NCBI GenBank assembly: GCA_947573015.1
Contig: CANPDS010000001.1
Span: 1 to 35,412, forward strand
DNA length: 35,412 nucleotides
Direction of reading: 5' to 3'
Source of the DNA: an uncultured Muribaculum sp.
GTDB taxonomy: Bacteria > Bacteroidota > Bacteroidia > Bacteroidales > Muribaculaceae
Shown here: positions 29,101-35,412 of the stretch, piece by piece
Position numbering within the stretch: the first letter of the stretch is position 1
Layout of the letters: each line of letters opens with the position of its first letter
Made by a program: the position numbers and the translations under genes
The notes under the pieces: generated by a model
Database searches by the model: none
What the model saw: the letters and a program-made list of their open reading frames with translations, nothing else
Told to the model about the DNA's origin: nothing

Positions 29101-30589
29101 CTTCGAGATTTCGATTTGAGAAATCGTTGATATTCCAAGGGGATGGTATTTTGATCTTGGTTGCACTCCATCCATCGGCAGTAGGCTGAGGAAGTTCAGG
29201 GGCCTTTCCTGCCCCCTGACGATAGTCGGCAGGAAGCTTCACTGGCTGAAAGTCCCAGTAGCCATTGAGGCATATTTCCTTGCGATAAGGCTTCTCAAGG
29301 CGGTTGGTCAGCCCCTCATATGGAGCAAACACACCGTTATATACAAGACGCTGTGTGGCAGGATTGCGCACAGGCATAGCAGTCGAAAGGGGCTTCTCCT
29401 TGTTAAGCATACTATTGGCCTGTCCGATCAGCCATAAGTAGTGGTCCGGCTCTATATTATCCTCAATAGCAACAAAACGGCTTTCACCTACGGGAACCTT
29501 TTTAGCGCATTTGAATACAGCCGTACCTTCGTCGATTTCATCGAACATAGCCACATAAAGCATCTCAGCACCTTGCTCGATAGCACCTGCAAGCTGTTTC
29601 CAGAAGAAATTGCCACCGTTTCTATCTATCTGAAGGCTCTTTGGACCCTTCATGTTCTTCCAAGAGAAACCTGGGAAGCAGAGAGGCGCATAATCGATCT
29701 TGGCATCCTTACACCATTTTATATCCTCGCCGATAAGTGACTTATAGAACGGATACGAACTTTCGTTGTACCGTCCAACAAACCAGGGCATGATAATATC
29801 GCACTTTTTGATAAGAGTGTGAAGCCCCTTGTCGGACTCAGTATCATACTTGAGTTCACGCCAATGGGTAGGCACACCAAGCATTACGCTGAAACCCTGT
29901 GCCTTCAAGCCGTCAACGATAGCATTTGCCTCCTTAAGTCCGTAACGGCGATGGTCATTGAATCCAACTCCCCACACCACGACAAGCGGACGTCCATTAT
30001 GCCAAAGATACGATGGGTTCTTTGCATGATCCTTAAGATTGAGCATAGGGGTAAGCTCACGTATGTCGTTAAGAAGTATTTTTTCATCACCGGCATTCAT
30101 GCCCGACAAGTCATACATCACGCAGAAAGCGCGTCCATACTTGTTGGCAGCTGTGCTTGCGTCATTCAGTAGTTTGGTAAAATGCTTCTTGCCTGAAGGA
30201 TTCTTGATTTCGGGAACGAAACGCTGCATGAACACACCATCAAGTCCATACTCCTTCATCCAACGGAAATGGGTATCTACCGTCGAAGCATCATATGATG
30301 AGAATGTTTTGGCCACAGTTCCATCGGCATACTTAAACTCCGTATCATACAATTTCTCATACTCCGAAGTTTCAGGCCAAAAGTCAACCGAACAGCTTCC
30401 TGGACGGAAACCGTTGCTGCCTTTGTAATGATACCATCCGCGGCCTTCACCATCGCCGGGAGCATTGAACCATCCTTGATAGCCCACCATCACCAACCCT
30501 TTGTAAGAGTCATATTGTTTCGGCGAAGGCTTGGCATATCCGGCCAAAGCCATCAAGAAAGCAAAGATAATTACTATTTGTTTTCTCAT
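26195..30589 (-). CDS. Bimodular glycosidase: GH71/GH99-like domain fused to GH2
   Basis: First ~410 aa: VGYQGWF, DGVFMQRF, PGFSW, AMFDEIDEGT. Remainder: CLNGYWDF, WTPETPNLY, RNHASVFGWSVSNE, DPTRPW, GEHS. Confidence 0.85.
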   Translation of the reverse strand: MRKQIVIIFAFLMALAGYAKPSPKQYDSYKGLVMVGYQGWFNAPGDGEGRGWYHYKGSNGFRPGSCSVDFWPETSEYEKLYDTEFKYADGTVAKTFSSYDASTVDTHFRWMKEYGLDGVFMQRFVPEIKNPSGKKHFTKLLNDASTAANKYGRAFCVMYDLSGMNAGDEKILLNDIRELTPMLNLKDHAKNPSYLWHNGRPLVVVWGVGFNDHRRYGLKEANAIVDGLKAQGFSVMLGVPTHWRELKYDTESDKGLHTLIKKCDIIMPWFVGRYNESSYPFYKSLIGEDIKWCKDAKIDYAPLCFPGFSWKNMKGPKSLQIDRNGGNFFWKQLAGAIEQGAEMLYVAMFDEIDEGTAVFKCAKKVPVGESRFVAIEDNIEPDHYLWLIGQANSMLNKEKPLSTAMPVRNPATQRLVYNGVFAPYEGLTNRLEKPYRKEICLNGYWDFQPVKLPADYRQGAGKAPELPQPTADGWSATKIKIPSPWNINDFSNRNLEGPDHRNYPSYPKEWENVKMAWMKKSFTVPADWAGNDIRLWFEAVAGEAEVYVNGKKVGENFDLFLPFSADITDVVKPGEVAEVLVGVRSQKLFEDNSTIGRRIVPGGSMWGYDMNGIWQDVYLQAVPTTRIEDVYVKPLVGEGKLEFVVKVTNSGTKKQTVELSGDIKEWINLAGTDINSAPVPNWDLGRLAMTVKPVKVTVAPGDTATTTITLPVTEGQLKYWTPETPNLYGLILSAKAGGKKIDSKYERFGWREWTLDGTAQLLNGKVYPLKGDSWHFMGIPQMTRRYAYAWFKAIKDMNGNAVRPHAMVYPRFYHDMADEMGICILNETANWASDGGPKLDSPLFWESSKDHLRRFVLRDRNHASVFGWSVSNENKPVILYVYNRPDLLEPQMVAWREWRDIVRELDPTRPWISSDGEDDGDGILPVTVGHYGDINSMHNWINIGKPWGIGEHSMAYYGTPEQVSKYNGERAYVSAQGRMEGLANECYNLIKDQRDNGASYSTVFNMAWYALQPLPLGKKDLTTAPSIDTDGIFFGEYVEGQPGVQPERMGPYCTTLNPGYDPSLPLYRAWPMFDAMRAANAPDGPAWSEWAEVDKKQYESKGSWGCPESYKQVVFVGPADSRARMQFDAQGVIFSDKVTVPANALYVLDGTYSLSDELEAQIRRDMQAGADLLIWGINPANVQPHNPYNGLLPLPVTVNTLKRSSFIPTETSWMRGLNPSDFYFCEVQQGDAAQYTLTGPLVEEGEVILEACKTDWRTWNKRAENLKTAALLRSENECTAPRAVVVKYSNGPSNIYLSTLGEFTNTEKGFKTMGTILANAGVPCKALELNPDEIFFFQDGKLQFPRQAAKKMEKKDGKKTLTLYVYSPRPLDDLLIEPNMPKLTLRTGTPDTELSLNGKSIALASKDRNRADFRELPLLQGWNCLEVSVPENTPDDKLQGHFFCDNRADYLPQVRASYVNPEAK

Positions 30590-30849
30590 ATTTTTTGGTT
30601 TATATGATGCCCGTCAGGGATTCTGAGGAGCATCTATCGTTTCGAATATTTTTTGATTGCACTGTGATGAAATCATTCAAAGCCCTTCGGATTCCACGGG
30701 GACTTATTGTGATTTTCAAATGCAAAATAAACAATGCCTGGTTAACTACTGAATATATCTCCCCTTAATTTTCGATTAAATTACACTTAACAACCAAGAA
30801 AAATCGCCCATACGGCCTCTGAGAGGCACAGAAGCGGCTTTACATGTTT

Positions 30850-32136
30850 TTAAACATGTTTCTTGCCGAAATTTTCCGGCACTTTTATCAAAGCCGTAAC
30901 GACAATCGTAACGACACAGCATCCCATCACCCACCAGAAAAAGCCGTCATATCCGAGACGTTCTTGTATCCATCCGGCACCCATTCCCGGTAGCATCATA
31001 CCCAAAGCCATGAAACCTGTACAAATGGCATAATGGGCAGTACGCAACTCACCCTCGCTATAATATATGAGGTAGAGCATGTAGGCGCTGAATCCAAATC
31101 CATAACCCAGCTGCTCTATACCTACACATGCGCATATGGTAATGAGCGACGTGGGCTGTGCCCATGCGAGATAACAGAATGTGATACATGTGAGGGATAT
31201 GCTCCATGCCATCGGCCATAGCCAACGCCGCAAACCTCCACGGGCTGTGACCAAACCTCCAAGTATACCTCCGGCCATAAGCCCGATGACTCCGACGGTG
31301 CCATATACCAAGCCAACTTCTCCGGTAGTGAGACCAAGTCCACCGGCATCACGGCCATCAATCAAAAAGGGATTGATAAGCTTCACAAGCTGCGCCTCCG
31401 GCAGCCTGTAGAGCAACATGAAGAGGATCCCGGTAAGCGCCTGTGGTTTCCTGAAGAAAGATGCAAACGTGCGGATAAATTCTCTCAAAACAGTGCGCCG
31501 GTTGACGCGTGGTGCGGGACGGTGGTTTTGTGGCGGTGTAAGCACTACAAATTTTTAGACTGAAAAAAAAAACAAAAATAACGACATTACCCCCATCACA
31601 ACAGACCACGAAAAGGATATGCTCCCACCATTCTCTCCGATTACCCACGCAAGTGCGACGAGTCCACCTTGGGCAGCAATTGTGGCTATGCGATAAAATG
31701 TACTCCTTATCCCGACATAAAATGCCTGCTGATGCTGTGTGAGCGCAAGCATATAAAAACCATCCGCAGCTATGTCATGCGTGGCACTGACAAATGCCGT
31801 AAGCCAGAAGAACGCCAACGACAACTGAAAGAACCATGCGCCGGGCAATGTGAATGCCACACAGGCCAGACCTATGGCTATGAGCGCTTCAGTAATTACG
31901 ATCCACCAGCGTTTCGTGCGCCACATATCAACAAACGGACTCCATAGGGGCTTGATCACCCATGGCAGATATAGCCATGAAGTGTAGAAGGCGATTTCGG
32001 CATTTGAGATACCCATCACCTTGTACATCAACACCGAAAGCGTCATTACCGCCACATACGGAAGTGCCTCGGCAAAATAAAGGGTGCTCACCCATGCCCA
32101 TGGAGTAATGTCTGAAGAAGCGGATGGTCGATTCAT
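30850..32136 (-). pseudogene. ampG: AmpG-like MFS transporter interrupted by an in-frame TAA (pseudogene or sequence error)
   Basis: PWAWVSTLYFAEALP, LPWVIKPLWSPFVD, SATHDIAADGFY in the 5' half; LLYRLPEAQL, EQLGYGFG, TAHYAICTGFMALGMMLPG in the 3' half; both halves are in one frame, separated by TAA at 31555-31557. Confidence 0.8.
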
Positions 32137-32203
32137 TGCCTATGATTAAAAAATTGTCGCGATAGCCATAGATTTTAATAGATGAGAAAATCAAAGTCTC
32201 TCT

Positions 32204-34246
32204 CTAATAACGATCTATGGTGGTATTGGAAAAATAATGTCGAAGAATCGACCGATAATCAAACCCTTCGGAGGCCATGACCGCAGCGCCAATCTGACAA
32301 AGGCCTACACCATGTCCCCAACCGGCCCCATTCAACACAAACCGACCATCAGCGCCCCGGCTCACAACGAATGCAGAACTGTACAGATGGCTACGCGAAA
32401 GCCACCGACGTATCTCCAGTTCCTTGCCGACAATCATCGTCCGCTTGGTTCCAACGATACGCAACCGCACGATACGTCCAGACTTGCCACGTTCCACAGT
32501 TTGCAGATCGGTAATCTGCCCGAAGTCAATCCCCGACCTGATGCGAACTATATCTGACAACTCCTCTGGAGTATATTCCACACGCCAACGGTAGAAGTCG
32601 GGGGTAGTGTCCAGATCGCTTCTGTTAAGCACACTGCGCAACACAGCCACATCGGGAGCAGCACAAAATGCATCAGGTGCCGATAAAATCCATCGCCGGG
32701 CCTCATCCTCACCGCGCAGATCGGGTAGCGGATGTTCCGGAATTCTGTCGAGTGCAGCCTCCAGATAAGAATGATGCATCGGCTCCCAACAGTATTCAAA
32801 CTCCTCGAAAGCACCTCCGCAACATTTGGAAAAGCGAGTGTCGCACAACCGGCCATCCTTATCGAGAAGCACCTCACCAGCAGTGGCACAAATTATAGAA
32901 TGCAGTTTATCGGCATATGCAGGATCGGGTATTCCAAGATAACGCTGGCAATGATCATCGGCACAGACATCAAAATCAATATGGTCATCGTGGTCATACC
33001 ATTTTATATATTCATCTTCACCACATGAATCGTCTGTCGATATGTCCACACTCTCTACAGGCAGATATTTCGGAAGCTGCTTGAAGGCCCAGCTACGTGA
33101 TATTACGGTATGTGCTTTAAGCAATTCTTCAGGCGAATCAGGACTCATTTCAGCTCCGATCACTCCTTCGAGATAGCGCTCCATCGCCACTACGTTCACC
33201 GCTGTGAGCAATCCATCGGCACCTCGGTGCAGTTCCAGAGTGCCAGGATAAGCGCGACGCTCTGTATGCTCCCAATGGAACTGGCTTCCTACGGGCACAT
33301 CCTCCAGCACAAAATTGCAGTCATCATCCTCCGCAATATAAGAATCACCGACCTTAGAGTAATGTCCGTTGAGACTAACCCTGATATTCTCCGCAGTCAT
33401 TATACCTATATGTATAGCATGTGCAGGATTAGGATATGCCACTTCTGCCAAGATATCTTCCAGCATCCTGCGATCAAGAATGTCGAAATCCTCAAGAGAT
33501 ACCGTGACAAATGTGCCGAACATATCAATCGCTCCGGGACTGATAGCCGGATGCGGGTAGCACTTCGGCCGGTGGCATCTGCGTGGCACAACACGTGCCA
33601 TAAGATTGCCGTCCGGCAAACGCTCCATAGCAATATTCATCGGCATCTCCCCACCGTCCTGCGTAAATCCCCACTCCTTGATATAGCGCTCTACATCAGC
33701 GGCTAAAGCAGAAGCATCACGTCCTACAAACCTACGGCTATATACCGGTGCCCAATCATACTGCCGCAGATCAACATACTCCACCGGAACAGCCTGAAAA
33801 TGGAAATGATCAGGAGCGGAAGCTCCGCTATGAGCGCCATTATATATTACGGTAAATCCACGAAGCTCATCTGCCAGAGCAGCCATATCGGAAAGACGTC
33901 CGACTATATGCTGCGGCGTATGCGATAGTTCGACAATGGTAAGATGATTTGGAAATATCGGGAACGGATTAACAAGAATTTCATAATCACGCCACACTAT
34001 TCCACACTGTTCGGCCGGTCGATTCACTTTGCATAAGAAGCACTTACGCCGGGCAATAGTATTGTCATCAAGAGCTGCCAAAGTGCTCACCTTACGGGCC
34101 GGGAGCAACGTTACGCGCCACTCAAATGGCCCATAATCTGCAATCACTTTCATCCTGGCCTGCGCCACATCTCTATGCCGGGCAGCGGCCTCAGGCCATA
34201 CTCCAAGAGAGTCGCCGATCCATCGTAATATATCTTTATTCTCCAT
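32204..34246 (-). CDS. DUF4922 (HIT-like nucleotide phosphorylase fold) fused to SpoIID/LytB domain
   Basis: N-part: CFLC..NRP.EQ, ILVNPFPIF..HLTI, NGA..GASAPDHFHFQ, SPGAIDM.G. C-part: ERYLEGV..AEM, LKAH.VISRS, DVCADDHCQRY.G, GAGWGHGVGLCQIGA. Confidence 0.88.
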   Translation of the reverse strand: MENKDILRWIGDSLGVWPEAAARHRDVAQARMKVIADYGPFEWRVTLLPARKVSTLAALDDNTIARRKCFLCKVNRPAEQCGIVWRDYEILVNPFPIFPNHLTIVELSHTPQHIVGRLSDMAALADELRGFTVIYNGAHSGASAPDHFHFQAVPVEYVDLRQYDWAPVYSRRFVGRDASALAADVERYIKEWGFTQDGGEMPMNIAMERLPDGNLMARVVPRRCHRPKCYPHPAISPGAIDMFGTFVTVSLEDFDILDRRMLEDILAEVAYPNPAHAIHIGIMTAENIRVSLNGHYSKVGDSYIAEDDDCNFVLEDVPVGSQFHWEHTERRAYPGTLELHRGADGLLTAVNVVAMERYLEGVIGAEMSPDSPEELLKAHTVISRSWAFKQLPKYLPVESVDISTDDSCGEDEYIKWYDHDDHIDFDVCADDHCQRYLGIPDPAYADKLHSIICATAGEVLLDKDGRLCDTRFSKCCGGAFEEFEYCWEPMHHSYLEAALDRIPEHPLPDLRGEDEARRWILSAPDAFCAAPDVAVLRSVLNRSDLDTTPDFYRWRVEYTPEELSDIVRIRSGIDFGQITDLQTVERGKSGRIVRLRIVGTKRTMIVGKELEIRRWLSRSHLYSSAFVVSRGADGRFVLNGAGWGHGVGLCQIGAAVMASEGFDYRSILRHYFSNTTIDRY

Positions 34247-34282
34247 AAGAGAAGCTTGTATGTTGCTTATTATACTCCTATA

Positions 34283-35412
34283 TTACTGCATATTAATCCT
34301 TGCACGCGCCTCGATTTCCATACTTCTCAAAGAATCCTTATAGTGATTGAACATGCGGAGTTTTTCAGGCGACAGTGAGGCATCAGAGTTTCCGCCCCAT
34401 CGGCGGCATAAGTATACCGAATCAAATATGCGGCCAACATGCCAACGTCGCGATACGGCAAGCGCCATGGCATAATCTTCTCCATAACTTGAGTTTGGCA
34501 TGAGTATATTACGAGCGATCTCAGTAAGGAATGCCCTTGGAGCACCTATGCCGTTGACACGAAGGAGATTGTTACGCCCGTTAGTCTCAGTCCATTCACG
34601 ATGATCTATCAATCCAGGAGGTATGGGATGCCCATCAATATCGGTAAGAGTGTAGCTACCTACCACCATCGCGCAATGCTCTGTCCGGAATGTATCGACA
34701 ATACGCCGCAAAGTATCGGCAGATCCATATACATCATCACTATCCAGTTGCACTGCATAACGTCCACATTTCTCATGAGTCAAGGCCACATTCCAGCATC
34801 CACCTATGCCCAGCCACTCTGCCGACGGCACAACATGAACCAGACGCGGTTCGTCAGAGGCAAGCGCACGGAGCAACTCAGTCGTGCCATCATCACTGTG
34901 ATTGTCAACCACAATCACATTATAATCAAATGGTGCACTCTGCGAAAGAGCACTACGGACAGCATCGGCAACTGTGCCGACACGGTTGCGCACGGGGATC
35001 ACCACCGATGCCTCAACAGGCCACGCGCCATCATCGAATGCCGACAAGCCGACGCGTTCAGGCACACCGGAAAGATATGCCCCGATAGCCTGCAAATGAT
35101 GATTGCAAGCCTCTTCCATCTCAATCTGACGCGCGCGGTTAGCCGGATCTACATAAGCCCATTGATCGCCATTGTCCACCATACGCTGTGCAATGCATAG
35201 CGGTTCACCTATCCTTACCACAGCGCCCTGCCGCTGAAGCGCCAGCCGGAGCGCATATATAGCCGCATAAGTGTATTCCTTATCAATATCTCCAAGTGCG
35301 CTCTCCAAAGCCCTGGGATTGACCATCCACACGGGACCCATGTCAAAGCCCTCACGCAGCGATCCGGGCTGCCAGTCCTCACTACGCACCATACGCAGTG
35401 AGCCGTCGGCCT
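34283..35412 (-). CDS. Glycosyltransferase family 2 protein (5' end outside the window)
   Basis: ASVVIPVRNR, VVDNHSDDGT, QLDSDD, GAPRAF, SYGEDY; frame stays open to the window edge. Confidence 0.9.
   Translation of the reverse strand, partial: ADGSLRMVRSEDWQPGSLREGFDMGPVWMVNPRALESALGDIDKEYTYAAIYALRLALQRQGAVVRIGEPLCIAQRMVDNGDQWAYVDPANRARQIEMEEACNHHLQAIGAYLSGVPERVGLSAFDDGAWPVEASVVIPVRNRVGTVADAVRSALSQSAPFDYNVIVVDNHSDDGTTELLRALASDEPRLVHVVPSAEWLGIGGCWNVALTHEKCGRYAVQLDSDDVYGSADTLRRIVDTFRTEHCAMVVGSYTLTDIDGHPIPPGLIDHREWTETNGRNNLLRVNGIGAPRAFLTEIARNILMPNSSYGEDYAMALAVSRRWHVGRIFDSVYLCRRWGGNSDASLSPEKLRMFNHYKDSLRSMEIEARARINMQ

Noticed and set aside
30606-30702. Imperfect hairpins upstream of the glycosidase cluster as a riboswitch
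   Set aside because: No recognisable aptamer consensus or terminator U-tract; pairing is weak
31563-31572. A10 tract as a frameshift phase-variation switch for ampG
   Set aside because: The two halves are already in frame; a one- or two-base change in tract length would not restore the protein

Overview
A 35.4-kb chromosomal window from a Bacteroidales bacterium. Repeated TAnnTTTG promoters, a T9SS-type C-terminal sorting motif and the gene content suggest Muribaculaceae or a relative (inference). Most of it is core or housekeeping genes: DJ-1/ThiJ, a START-like protein, rplS, DUF2851, an M16 peptidase, dusB, a GIN-domain protein, DMT, a C45 Ntn-hydrolase, DUF362, an AAA_33 kinase, LicD and RNase P RNA. 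Accessory glycan genes are a GH78, an SGNH esterase, an AT-rich orphan beta-helix protein after rnpB, and a minus-strand cluster with no susC/susD (GH71/99-like::GH2 fusion, GH2, GH92). The right end holds the GT2 / DUF4922::SpoIID fusion / ampG-like locus, and ampG is broken by an in-frame TAA. Non-coding signals include a 163-bp palindromic MITE-like element with TTA flanks, two promoter-to-terminator sRNA candidates, a G8 tract in the promoter spacer of a T9SS cargo gene, and a candidate rplS leader. No CRISPR array, transposase, integrase, tRNA or rRNA was seen. All family calls come from motif recognition by eye; no database searches were run.
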